In this document: one piece after another, positions 1-8,468 of the stretch | How positions within the stretch are numbered: the stretch's first letter is position 1 | Layout of the letters: each line of letters begins with the position of its first letter | DNA from: a virus | Lineage: Duplodnaviria > Caudoviricetes | Reading direction: 5' to 3' (one strand) | DNA length: 43,714 bases | IMG/VR virus record: IMGVR_UViG_3300011443_000012 | Location: 1-43,714 of that record | Notes under the pieces: model-generated | Told to the model about the DNA's origin: nothing | Seen by the model: the letters and a program-made list of their open reading frames with translations, nothing else | Databases searched by the model: none | Position numbers and translations under genes: made by a program

Positions 1-123
1 AGCAGCGCGCTGAGCGCGCATGCCAGTCATCGGGCACATGACCCTGAAAGCCATGTCGCCTCGCACTGGCTCCTCGTGAAGCTCGTCCACGAGCTGCTCG
101 AGGCCGACCCGACCCTCATGGCC
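1..123. repeat. Terminal direct repeat, left copy (assembly circularisation overlap)
   Basis: agcagcgcgctgag...ctcatggcc at 1-123 is identical to 43592-43714. Confidence 0.95.
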
Positions 124-276
124 GAGGAATCGGAACTCGCGGACCGGCTGAAGACCCGCGTCGCGCAGCTCGGCGTCTTGCCCGCGGTCGAGGGCTGGGC
201 CGCCGGTGCCGAAATCTACAAGGCGATTGAGTCCGCCCTGGCGCAGCGGGCGCTCCCGCCGGCGAGGTCCGCATGA
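1..276 (+). CDS. 3' part of the replication initiator-like protein that starts at 43112 and crosses the circular junction
   Basis: 43592-43112=480 nt, so the frame continues without a stop into frame 1 of the window start and ends at TGA 274-276 (251 aa total). Confidence 0.85.
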   Translation, partial: SSALSAHASHRAHDPESHVASHWLLVKLVHELLEADPTLMAEESELADRLKTRVAQLGVLPAVEGWAAGAEIYKAIESALAQRALPPARSA

Positions 277-551
277 GCGAGCCGCAGATCTTCACCGTGT
301 TCGCGCGGTCGCATCTCCTCCGCAGCTGCAAAGCCTGCCGGGCGCCGATCGAGTTCTACCAGAACGCCACGACCGGGCGCTGGATGCCGTTCGATCCCGG
401 CGTGGAGATTCGCCGCAGCTTTCAGCGGGAGCCCGACCACGTCGTCTGCCACGAGGTCGCGGGCGTGTCGCATTTCATCACGTGCCCGGATGCCCAGCAG
501 TTCCGGAAGACCCCGGCGCCGAAACCGCCGGAGAGCGGAAGCCTGTTCTGA
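273..551 (+). CDS. Small Zn-binding hypothetical phage protein
   Basis: CKAC and SHFITCP motifs; ATGA and TGATG overlaps with neighbours. Confidence 0.75.
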   Translation: MSEPQIFTVFARSHLLRSCKACRAPIEFYQNATTGRWMPFDPGVEIRRSFQREPDHVVCHEVAGVSHFITCPDAQQFRKTPAPKPPESGSLF

Positions 552-928
552 TGGCGAAGCATCCGGAACGGGCAATCCAGTCGCACATCGTGCAACTCCT
601 CCGCTCACTGGGCGGCGACGTCTGGGAGCTCGGGACCACGCGATCGACGCGGGACTTTCACATGGGCACCCGTCAAACACCCGGGCTGCCCGACGTCATC
701 GCGTTCCTGCCCGTGCGGCCCGCGGCGAAGCGCATGCTCATCGTCGAAGCGAAGGCGCCCGGCGGCCGACTGCGGCCGCAGCAGAAGCTCTTTCGCGAAT
801 GTTGTCAGGCGTCGAGCGTCGACCACGTGGTCGGCGGGCTCGATGAGGTTATCGCCTGGTTGATCGTGTACGGCTATCTCAAGCGCGACCAGGTCGCCCA
901 CTTTAGGATTCCGGTGCCTCATGAGTGA
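551..928 (+). CDS. VRR-NUC / PD-(D/E)XK nuclease (resolvase-like)
   Basis: ATG 551; ERAIQ...GLPDVIAF...IVEAKAPGGRLRPQQ matches the VRR-NUC pattern. Confidence 0.85.
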   Translation: MAKHPERAIQSHIVQLLRSLGGDVWELGTTRSTRDFHMGTRQTPGLPDVIAFLPVRPAAKRMLIVEAKAPGGRLRPQQKLFRECCQASSVDHVVGGLDEVIAWLIVYGYLKRDQVAHFRIPVPHE

Positions 929-1331
929 GTACTGTCAGACGACTCGCAACGGTCGGCGAGTCTACACGCATCACACCATCGTCGAACGAGCGATCGGGAA
1001 GCGCTTGCCGGCTGGTGCGGAAATTCATCACGTCAATGAGGACAAGAAAGACAATCGCCACAGAAACCTTGTGGTCTGCCAGGACCGCGCCTACCACGCC
1101 CTTCTTCATGTGCGGGCTCGCGTCCTAAGGCGCGGCGGGAATCCCAACACCCAGCGCATTTGTAGCAGTTGCAAGGCGCTTTGCTTGATCTCGGAGATGA
1201 ACCACTCGCCCCGGCGTCGAAGTTTTATTTGTAAGCCATGCGTCAGCGCCTCTTCGACCGAGGCGCATCGTCGTCATCGCGTGCACCAGGAGCCGCGTAC
1301 CCCCGCGGCGGAACAGGAGCTCAAGTCATGA
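921..1331 (+). CDS. HNH endonuclease with C-terminal Zn finger
   Basis: EIHHVNEDKKDNRHRNL HNH motif; CSSC...CKPC downstream. Confidence 0.88.
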   Translation: MSEYCQTTRNGRRVYTHHTIVERAIGKRLPAGAEIHHVNEDKKDNRHRNLVVCQDRAYHALLHVRARVLRRGGNPNTQRICSSCKALCLISEMNHSPRRRSFICKPCVSASSTEAHRRHRVHQEPRTPAAEQELKS

Positions 1332-2800
1332 GTGTTGTCGACTCCCCGATTGCGACGTCTGGCATCTTTCATCCCGCGATCGCGCTGGACGCGCTGAAAC
1401 CCTCGAAGACCAACCCGCGCAAACATTTCGATGCTATGAAGCTCGACGAGCTCGCGGCGAGCCTCCAGGAGCACGGCGTCCTCGAGCCGCTGATCGTGCG
1501 TCCGAACGGGGGGGCGCACAGCTACGAGATCGTCGCGGGCGAACGCCGGTACCGGGCGGCGAAGAAGGCGGGCCTCATCGACGTGCCGGTCATCGAGCGC
1601 GAGCTCACAGACGACCAGGTCCTCGAGATCCAGCTCGTCGAGAACCTGCAGCGCGACGACCTGACCCCGCTCGAGCAGGCGCGCGGCTACAAGGCCTTGA
1701 TGGACGCCAATCCGGATAAGTACACGCTGGCGGCCGTGGCCCGCACGTGTGGGATGTCGGAGGCCTGGGTCTGGGATCGACTCAAACTCAACGACCTGAT
1801 TCCGGACGCGAAATTACTCCTCGAAGACGCGCGCATGTCCACTGGCCACGCAATTCTCATCGCCCGTCAGAAGCCGGCCGACCAGCAGCGCATCCTTCGC
1901 GTGGACACCAGCGCGGGCTATAACCGCCAGCACGGCGGATTGTGGCAATCGACCACGGCTACTCTGGTCGAGACGGGGAAACCCAGCAAATACGACGGCG
2001 TCAAAACCGTCACGGTCCGCGAGCTCGAGCGATGGATCGCCGACCATATTCGGTTCGACGTCGCCCATGCGGCCAAGGCCATGCCGCTGCAGTTTGCGGA
2101 CACGGCCTCCGCCATCGAACACGCCCAGGCGCAGCCGGGTCGCGGTAAGAAGCACGTACCGATCACGTTCAGCTATCACGTGCATGACGACGCGCGTGAC
2201 CAGGACGAGCGTACCTACGGCGTGCAGTCGTGGAAGCGCGCCGACGGCCTCAACAAGTCGAAGACGTGCGAACACTCGATTCTCGGTGTCGTCGTCGCGG
2301 GCAGCGAGGGCTATGGAACGACCTTTCAGGTCTGCATCGCCCGAGACAAATGCACAGTGCATTGGGCGACAGAGCTGAAGGCACGGGAGAAGAACAAAAA
2401 ACTGCGCGAGAGCGGACAGGGAAAGCGCGCCGCGGCGAACGAGCACGCGGCCGAGAAGAAACGTCAGGCTGAGGCCTCAAAGGAAGAGGCTCAGCGGCGT
2501 CGGTACAACGTGTACAAGCCAGCCCTGCAGAAGGCCGCACAGGCCGCCGCGCAGAAGCTCAAAAAACTGACGCCAGCGCAATTCAAGGCCGTGTTGAAGA
2601 GCTTCCACCTTCCCACGTCGACCACACTCGCCACGTTGCCGAAGGCGTTGCTGCTTAGAGCGATCGACCACGACTTCCGTGAGTCCTACTTCTGGCAGGA
2701 CCGCGATGGCAAGAAGCTTGAGACCTGGCCGAAGCTGCTCGGGGTCAACGTCGACGCGCTGGAGCCGAAATCCCCGGACAAGGAAGGCGAGGCAGCATGA
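1328..2800 (+). CDS. ParB/Spo0J-like protein with long C-terminal extension
   Basis: NPRKHF...GVLEPLIVR...[11 protein letters not shown]...ENLQRDDL followed by an HTH; ATG 1328 overlaps the upstream stop. Confidence 0.88.
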   Translation: MSVVDSPIATSGIFHPAIALDALKPSKTNPRKHFDAMKLDELAASLQEHGVLEPLIVRPNGGAHSYEIVAGERRYRAAKKAGLIDVPVIERELTDDQVLEIQLVENLQRDDLTPLEQARGYKALMDANPDKYTLAAVARTCGMSEAWVWDRLKLNDLIPDAKLLLEDARMSTGHAILIARQKPADQQRILRVDTSAGYNRQHGGLWQSTTATLVETGKPSKYDGVKTVTVRELERWIADHIRFDVAHAAKAMPLQFADTASAIEHAQAQPGRGKKHVPITFSYHVHDDARDQDERTYGVQSWKRADGLNKSKTCEHSILGVVVAGSEGYGTTFQVCIARDKCTVHWATELKAREKNKKLRESGQGKRAAANEHAAEKKRQAEASKEEAQRRRYNVYKPALQKAAQAAAQKLKKLTPAQFKAVLKSFHLPTSTTLATLPKALLLRAIDHDFRESYFWQDRDGKKLETWPKLLGVNVDALEPKSPDKEGEAA

Positions 2801-3222
2801 GCGTCGAACGACGAACGGAGTTCGCGTGGGCCGCTGGACTGATCGATGGCGAAGGGTCGATTGATGTCACGCGGCACCAGTCGCGAACAGGGTGTCGCTT
2901 CTATCCGCGGCTGCGCGTCCACATGACCAGCCGCATCGCTGTCGAACGATTGCAGCGCATCTTCCACACGGGCACTGTGACGATGCGCACGCCGAAAGAC
3001 GGGATTCGTCAGCGCTCGTATTGCTGGGCGGTTGAGAACCGCGAGGACCTCCAGCGTGTCCTGCGCGGGCTCATGGATTTTCTCATCGTGAAACGGTGGC
3101 AGGCGGCACTCGCCTCCGCCCTCCTCAACGACGCGAACGCACTCAAGGCATCCGACCGGGCGGCGATCACGGATGAAATCAGACGAGCGAAACGGCCCGT
3201 GTGTCACAAGGAGGTCGCATGA
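2797..3222 (+). CDS. Free-standing single-motif LAGLIDADG endonuclease-like protein
   Basis: N-terminal WAAGLIDGEGSI motif and the typical downstream pattern ending FLIVKR. Confidence 0.85.
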   Translation: MSVERRTEFAWAAGLIDGEGSIDVTRHQSRTGCRFYPRLRVHMTSRIAVERLQRIFHTGTVTMRTPKDGIRQRSYCWAVENREDLQRVLRGLMDFLIVKRWQAALASALLNDANALKASDRAAITDEIRRAKRPVCHKEVA

Positions 3223-3662
3223 AGGGGACCTGTCGCTACTGCGGCTGCACGAAAGACCACGGCTGCGAGGGCGGCTGTTCCTGGGCCGATGAGGACGAAA
3301 CCCTCTGCACGCGGTGCGAGCTCGCGATGACCTTCGCCGCGTCGACGCTGCCGGTGATGGTCGCGCTCGCCGAGAAAGCGCCGGCCCACGCGAAGGACTG
3401 GGACGGCCTCGGCCTGCTCCACCAGACCGCGCTCGTCAAAGCCTTCCGGATGCTGTCGGACGCGGTGAGCACGCACTTCATGGAGCAGCTCGGCGACGAG
3501 GTGTTCAACGCGGCGATGGATCTGTCGATCCTCGCGCAGATGCTCTATCAGAAATTCCCGGAGGAAATGAAAAAGGCGGATGCGGAGGGCGAGCCGGCGA
3601 TGTCGGTCGCCCTCGAGTTGCTCGGCCGTGTGTCGCAGACGCGCATCGTACTGCCGCACTGA
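3219..3662 (+). CDS. Hypothetical protein with Cys-rich N-terminus
   Basis: CRYCGCT..GC..GCSW....LCTRC; RBS AAGGAGG before ATG 3219. Confidence 0.75.
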   Translation: MKGTCRYCGCTKDHGCEGGCSWADEDETLCTRCELAMTFAASTLPVMVALAEKAPAHAKDWDGLGLLHQTALVKAFRMLSDAVSTHFMEQLGDEVFNAAMDLSILAQMLYQKFPEEMKKADAEGEPAMSVALELLGRVSQTRIVLPH

Positions 3663-3679
3663 TGGTATGAGGAGGCGTG

Positions 3680-3751
3680 ATGGCGCGCGTCGTGCACGAA
3701 CGAACGAACGAACGAACGAACGAACGAACGAACGAACGAGTGACGTCGTGA
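3680..3751 (+). CDS. Putative 23-aa leader peptide containing the (ACGA)11 tract
   Basis: AGGAGG at 3670-3675 precedes ATG 3680; its TGA (3749-3751) overlaps GTG 3748 of the next gene. Confidence 0.4.
   Translation: MARVVHERTNERTNERTNERVTS
3696..3739. repeat. Perfect tetranucleotide microsatellite (ACGA)11
   Basis: Read directly: 44 bp, 11 perfect units. Confidence 0.95.
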
Positions 3752-4206
3752 GCAGCCGGTTTGCGTCGGCGATCGCGGAGCTGCGGCTGCAGCGCGATGT
3801 CATCGATCGGACGATCCGCAATCTCGAGGTGCTGAGCCATCTCGAGGTCGGGAGCGTGGCGACGGTCGTATCACCGTCGACGTACACCGCCGTGGCCGAT
3901 CCGCCCCAGCGCGCGCTGCCGCCGGCGAGGTCGTCCACGTCGCGGCCGATCCGCCGGGTGAAGACGACGCGCACGTCCAGGGCGGCGACGGCGCCACCGA
4001 CCGACGACACCGAGCTGCTTGCGCAGGTGAAACGTGCGGGCGGGTCCATCAAACCGAAGGACCTCGCGACCGCGCTGCACTGCACGCTGTTCGTGCTGCG
4101 GCAGCGCACGGCGCCGCTGCTCAAGAGCGGACAGTTGGTCGCCACGGGGGCGACGATGTCGCGACGGCTGTCGCTGCCGGGCAAGTCGGCGAAGGAGGCG
4201 CCCTGA
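3748..4206 (+). CDS. Putative DNA-binding protein (N-terminal coiled coil, low-complexity linker, C-terminal winged-helix-like domain)
   Basis: AIAELRLQRDVIDRTIRNL coiled coil; IKPKDLATALH...LLKSGQLVATG wHTH-like. An alternative in-frame ATG lies at 3667. Confidence 0.65.
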   Translation: MSSRFASAIAELRLQRDVIDRTIRNLEVLSHLEVGSVATVVSPSTYTAVADPPQRALPPARSSTSRPIRRVKTTRTSRAATAPPTDDTELLAQVKRAGGSIKPKDLATALHCTLFVLRQRTAPLLKSGQLVATGATMSRRLSLPGKSAKEAP

Positions 4207-4346
4207 ACGCCAGGACGAGCCGACCAGCTGGCACGAGGAAGCCACGCGGCCGCGACGCCGGCACGACGATCCGGAATTCGAGGTCGTGTTCGATGGCGGG
4301 AAGGGTCAGAGCCTGATTGGCGAGCGAGAGAGTCGAGGGTGACGCC

Positions 4347-4589
4347 ATGAGCGAGACGAAGCCACCGCGCTGCCGACACGACATCGGCTGGCTGAGTGTC
4401 GGCCAGGTCGCCGTCTACATCTGGAATGAGTACGGTCGGTCGAACGTGCGTGTAAGCGACGCGGTGTGGTTTCGCCGTGCGAAGGTCGTCATGAAGTGCA
4501 ACAACAGCGAGTGCACCGCGCACCGCAACGTCTACTTCGATCGCACCGGGAAGCTCGTGACGATCGGACGCATTCGGTGGTTTGCCTGA
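4347..4589 (+). CDS. Hypothetical protein
   Basis: ATG 4347 after GAGGGT; TGATG overlap with the next gene. Confidence 0.55.
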   Translation: MSETKPPRCRHDIGWLSVGQVAVYIWNEYGRSNVRVSDAVWFRRAKVVMKCNNSECTAHRNVYFDRTGKLVTIGRIRWFA

Positions 4590-5305
4590 TGTCCGCAAAT
4601 AGCGCCGTGTTTTATCGCGGGCCGTCCGAGCTCACCGGCGAGCCCATCATGGCTGTGCTGACGGGCCTGCGGCGGGAGTCGCGGAACCCGAAGACCGGGC
4701 CGATGCTGCAGACCTACATCCTGCGCAGCGATATGCCGCCGAACCAGGCCGTCGCGACCGGCGCCGACGCGGCCGTCTGCGGCACCTGTCCGTTGCGCGG
4801 CGACGGCCGCTACGGGCGCACGTGTTACGTGACGTGGTGGATGGCACCGGTGAACGTGTTCAAGGCAACGCGCGCCGTGGCCGCGATCGCGCCGGCCGAG
4901 CTCGCGCGCCAGGTGCGCGGCCGCTTCGTGCGCGTGGGCAGCTACGGCGATCCGGCGGCCGTGCCGTTCGCGGTGTGGGACCGGGCGCTCGCGTCGATCG
5001 CCGGCTGGACCGGGTACACGCATCACTGGCGCACGTGCGACCCACGCTTGCGCGATCTCCTCATGGCCAGCGTGGAAAGCGAGGCCGGCGCCGACGAAGC
5101 GCAGGCCCGCGGCTGGCGGACGTTCCGTGCGCGGCGTCCCGGGGACGAGCTCCGTGCGCACGAGGTCATCTGCCCCGCGAGTCACGAAGCCGGGAAGAAG
5201 CTGACGTGTCAGCAGTGCGGGTTGTGCCGCGGCGGGGCCTCACGGTCGACGCGGTCGATTGCCATCATCGCGCATGGGCGCTTTGCGAATCACCTGCCGG
5301 GATGA
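4589..5305 (+). CDS. Cys-rich GP88/DUF7227-like phage protein (possible Fe-S enzyme)
   Basis: SRNPKTGP, CGTCP...CY, RVGSYGDP, WTGYTH, MASVES, CPAS...TCQQCGLC motifs. Confidence 0.65.
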   Translation: MSANSAVFYRGPSELTGEPIMAVLTGLRRESRNPKTGPMLQTYILRSDMPPNQAVATGADAAVCGTCPLRGDGRYGRTCYVTWWMAPVNVFKATRAVAAIAPAELARQVRGRFVRVGSYGDPAAVPFAVWDRALASIAGWTGYTHHWRTCDPRLRDLLMASVESEAGADEAQARGWRTFRARRPGDELRAHEVICPASHEAGKKLTCQQCGLCRGGASRSTRSIAIIAHGRFANHLPG

Positions 5306-5580
5306 ATACCTGTCCACATTGTCACCGCGAGATTCGGGCCAAGGACCGCGATGCGGCGAGACGCGGGCAGTTGCGGGCACGCGGGCTGTGTCCGACGTGC
5401 GGTGGGAAGAACCCGGACTTTCGCACGCGCGCGAATTGCCGGGACTGTCGGCTCGCCGCGGCGCAACGCGCGGCAGACTCCTATGCGAGACGGCGCGGAC
5501 ACCTCGAGCCGGTGGCCATGCGCGATGCCGACGGGCGCTTACGGATGGCGAAGGCCACACTCACGAACGAGACACCATGA
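5302..5580 (+). CDS. Zn-finger hypothetical protein
   Basis: CPHC, CPTC and CRDC pairs; ATGA overlaps at both ends. Confidence 0.65.
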   Translation: MNTCPHCHREIRAKDRDAARRGQLRARGLCPTCGGKNPDFRTRANCRDCRLAAAQRAADSYARRRGHLEPVAMRDADGRLRMAKATLTNETP

Positions 5581-5807
5581 CACCGATTGAATTCCCTGAG
5601 CAGACCGTCGTGTGGGCGAAGAACCAGCCCCCCTATCTGCCGCTGCCGGCGTACACCGATGACACCCAGACCATCAGCTGCTGGCGGCTCACCTGGCGGG
5701 AACGCTGCGTGCTGCTCTGGCGCGGGCGGATCTGGCTGCGACAGCTGAATTTCCGCGAGCGACTGCAACCACAGTCCCCCTCCATCGAGTCGCCGTTTCA
5801 GTCATGA
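5577..5807 (+). CDS. Small phage hypothetical protein
   Basis: MTPIEFPEQ...NQPPYLPLPA...ISCWRLTWRER resembles a common phage family; translationally coupled. Confidence 0.7.
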   Translation: MTPIEFPEQTVVWAKNQPPYLPLPAYTDDTQTISCWRLTWRERCVLLWRGRIWLRQLNFRERLQPQSPSIESPFQS

Positions 5808-6001
5808 CGCCGGCGCCGCACAAGCTCTTGCGCCTCTCGGTCGTCGCGCAGCGCTGCGACGTCAGCGTGCAGACGGTGCGCAACTGGATCAACGCCGGCA
5901 AGCTGCGCGCCGAACGCACGCTCGGCGGGCATTTGCGGGTCCGCGAAGAGGACGCCGAAAAAATAACGCTGCAAAACACCCCAAAACGCTTCGAATCGTA
6001 A
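5804..6001 (+). CDS. Xis/MerR-like helix-turn-helix protein (HTH_17 type)
   Basis: VAQRCDVSVQTVRNWINAGKLRA..TLGGHLRV. Confidence 0.85.
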   Translation: MTPAPHKLLRLSVVAQRCDVSVQTVRNWINAGKLRAERTLGGHLRVREEDAEKITLQNTPKRFES

Positions 6002-6149
6002 TCCTCCCGCTCTTCCCTTCTCTGAACGCTGTGTGCAGTCTTACGAGACATGTAGTCGAAACCCCACGTCCAGGGGTGTGATGGAGGCTCCACGGGTTGG
6101 CGTGGAGCTGACGGCCGGTCATGCCAACCACAGAAAGGACGACCCGGTC

Positions 6150-6677
6150 ATGTTTGCAGAACTGTTCGGAATTTTCCCGGTGCGGAACGCGGAGTTGCGG
6201 AGCGTGGCGGATTTCTGCAACGAGTGCGCCCACAACGTCGCCGAGGAGCCCAGCGCCGGGCTGACCATCGGCTTCGACGAGCACGCCATCAAGCGCATTC
6301 AGGGGTGGCTGACCAATCTGGTCGAGCGCGCCGACGCGCTCATCGCGCGGCCCATTCCCGATCTGCCGACGACGCACCGCATCAAGTTCGACTGCCAGCA
6401 CGACGAAGTGCCGTCGCTGAAGTCGATCGACGGCAAGGCGGTCAACGGCGACGCGGAAGCGCTGGTCATCATGTTCCAGACCATTGCCTACGAACTGTCG
6501 CATTCGAACTCGGCGGCCATCGGCGGCGGCGTCATCGAGGCCGACGGCATCCGCCTGAAGGCGAATCTGGGGGCCATCGAGCAATTCCTCTCCTCGATCG
6601 AGGAAGGCAGCGAAGTCGACTTCCCGAACACGGCGGCGCCCGAAGCGACCGCCGAGCTGACGTCACGCAGGAAGTAG
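6150..6677 (+). CDS. Hypothetical helical protein with internal duplication, immediately upstream of terS
   Basis: AGAAAGGA upstream of ATG 6150; typical high-GC codon usage. Confidence 0.75.
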   Translation: MFAELFGIFPVRNAELRSVADFCNECAHNVAEEPSAGLTIGFDEHAIKRIQGWLTNLVERADALIARPIPDLPTTHRIKFDCQHDEVPSLKSIDGKAVNGDAEALVIMFQTIAYELSHSNSAAIGGGVIEADGIRLKANLGAIEQFLSSIEEGSEVDFPNTAAPEATAELTSRRK

Positions 6678-6692
6678 GCGCCCGCGCGCGTG

Positions 6693-6724
6693 CACGTGGG
6701 CCCGCGCGTCTCGCGGGCCCCGTG
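6693..6724 (+). terminator. GC-rich hairpin between the 6150 gene and terS
   Basis: GGGCCCGCG-cgtct-CGCGGGCCC extended by CACG/CGTG; the T-tract is weak. Confidence 0.4.
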
Positions 6725-6746
6725 ATTTCACAACAAGGGTTGATCA

Positions 6747-7040
6747 ATGCCATTCCAGGCAGGCAAGTCCGGGAATCCCGGCGGCCGGCCGAAGGGACTC
6801 GGCGCCGCGCTTCGTCAGCGGTACGGCGAGGACGGCGGGAAGCTGATTGCACGACTGGAAGAGTTCGCCTTCGGTCGCGTCAAGCGGTGTTCGCACAAGG
6901 TGCAGGTCCAGGCGCTCAAGGAACTGCTCGAGCGTGGATGGGGCAAAGCCCCGCAGGAGGTTGTCGGTGATCCGGATCGGCCGATTCAGCACCGCGTCAC
7001 TTTTGGCGGTCGCTATCGTCCTGATGGCTCCTCGTCCTAG
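6747..7040 (+). CDS. terS: Terminase small subunit (DUF5681-like N-terminus)
   Basis: FQAGKSGNPGGRPKG motif; lies directly before TerL. Confidence 0.8.
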   Translation: MPFQAGKSGNPGGRPKGLGAALRQRYGEDGGKLIARLEEFAFGRVKRCSHKVQVQALKELLERGWGKAPQEVVGDPDRPIQHRVTFGGRYRPDGSSS

Positions 7041-8457
7041 CACGGGCGAGGGCATGGCCGCGTTCTGGGCCCATGTCCTCGAGCCCACGCCCGAGGCGCC
7101 GCCCGAGGAATTTTCCATCTGGTGGGGCCCGATCCCGGGGACCGCGCAGGAGTGCTTCCTCGACGATGACACGCCCGATGCCGCGCTGCTCTTCTGCGGC
7201 GGCTGGGGATCCGGCAAGACGATGACGCTCTGGGGCAAGGTCCTGAAGCTCAGTGTCATCAACTACCCGCTGCCGCTCATCTGGGTCGTGCCGCAGTACG
7301 ACCATATCGAACACACGCTGCTGCCGAAGCTCGAGGAGCTCGACCCACGGACCGGCCATCCCTGGTTCCTGCGCAGCGACATGTACCGGTATCACCAGAC
7401 GAAGCACGAGCTCCACTGGGAGCTGGGCGGCCCGATCTGGTTCAAGTCCGGCGAACACGCGGAGGCGATCGCGGGGCCGAACGTCGCGGCGGCCGCCGTC
7501 GACGAGCCGTCGCTCATCTCGCAAAAAGGGTGGCGCAACACCACGGCGCGCGTGCGCCACACGAACGCCCGCCTGCGTCAGAGCGTGGCTGCCGGCACCG
7601 CCGACGACCTGTCCTGGATGCAGGACTACTTCTTCGATCCCGAGCGACCCGACCGGTACAAGCGCTACGAGATGGCGACGACTGACAACCGCGAGCTGCT
7701 CGAGTTCGATCCGACCTACGTGCAGCGCGTCATGGAGAACGCGACCGAGGCCGAGATTGCCGCGTTCGTCCAGGGCAAAGGCGTGCTCCTCGAGGGGCAG
7801 CCCGCGTATCCGCCCTTTCTCGACACGCTGCACTGGACGAAAGACGTCCCCGAGGCCGATCCCGCGCAACCGCTCGTGCTCTGCTGCGACTTCAACGTCG
7901 CGCCGATGTGCTGGGTCATCGGCCAGAAACGCGTCGGGCAGCACGGCCCTGAGCCGCACGTGCTCGAGGGCATCACGCAGGATGTTGCCACCACCGACAG
8001 CGCCTGCGACGAATTCCTCCGGAAGTTTCCGAGCTGGCCGGCGGGCATTCACGTCTATGGTGACTGCAACGGCCGGAACCGCGATGTCCGTTCGCACAAA
8101 TCGAACTACACCATCATCCAGGAACGCCTCAGCCAGGTCGGCCCCGTCACGCTCGTCGTGCCGCGGCAGAACCCGCCGGTCCAGAGCCGCCTCAACGCGG
8201 TGAATCGCCTCTTGAAGAACGCGAACGGCGTGACGCGCCTCTGGATTCGCAAGTGGGATCCGGCGCGCACCTGTCCGACCCGGCAGCTCGTGCGCTCGCT
8301 GCAGCGCTCGAAGATGGCGGCCGGCAAACAGGACGTCGAGAAGAAGTCCGGCGAGACCATCACGCACGCCGGCGAAGCGCTCGGGTACTGGGTTCATCGC
8401 GAGTGGCCGGCGGATAAGCCGCAGGTCGCCTTCGGCAGCACCTCACTCGATTACTGA
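7024..8457 (+). CDS. terL: Terminase large subunit
   Basis: Walker A GGWGSGKT, Walker B AAAVDE, nuclease motif CCDFN; start could be 7024 or 7054. Confidence 0.93.
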   Translation: MAPRPSTGEGMAAFWAHVLEPTPEAPPEEFSIWWGPIPGTAQECFLDDDTPDAALLFCGGWGSGKTMTLWGKVLKLSVINYPLPLIWVVPQYDHIEHTLLPKLEELDPRTGHPWFLRSDMYRYHQTKHELHWELGGPIWFKSGEHAEAIAGPNVAAAAVDEPSLISQKGWRNTTARVRHTNARLRQSVAAGTADDLSWMQDYFFDPERPDRYKRYEMATTDNRELLEFDPTYVQRVMENATEAEIAAFVQGKGVLLEGQPAYPPFLDTLHWTKDVPEADPAQPLVLCCDFNVAPMCWVIGQKRVGQHGPEPHVLEGITQDVATTDSACDEFLRKFPSWPAGIHVYGDCNGRNRDVRSHKSNYTIIQERLSQVGPVTLVVPRQNPPVQSRLNAVNRLLKNANGVTRLWIRKWDPARTCPTRQLVRSLQRSKMAAGKQDVEKKSGETITHAGEALGYWVHREWPADKPQVAFGSTSLDY

Positions 8458-8468
8458 GGAATCGCATC

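Noticed and set aside
2797-3222. Group I intron or intein around the LAGLIDADG ORF
   Set aside because: It overlaps both neighbours by ATGA, leaving no room for intron structure, and the flanking genes look uninterrupted.
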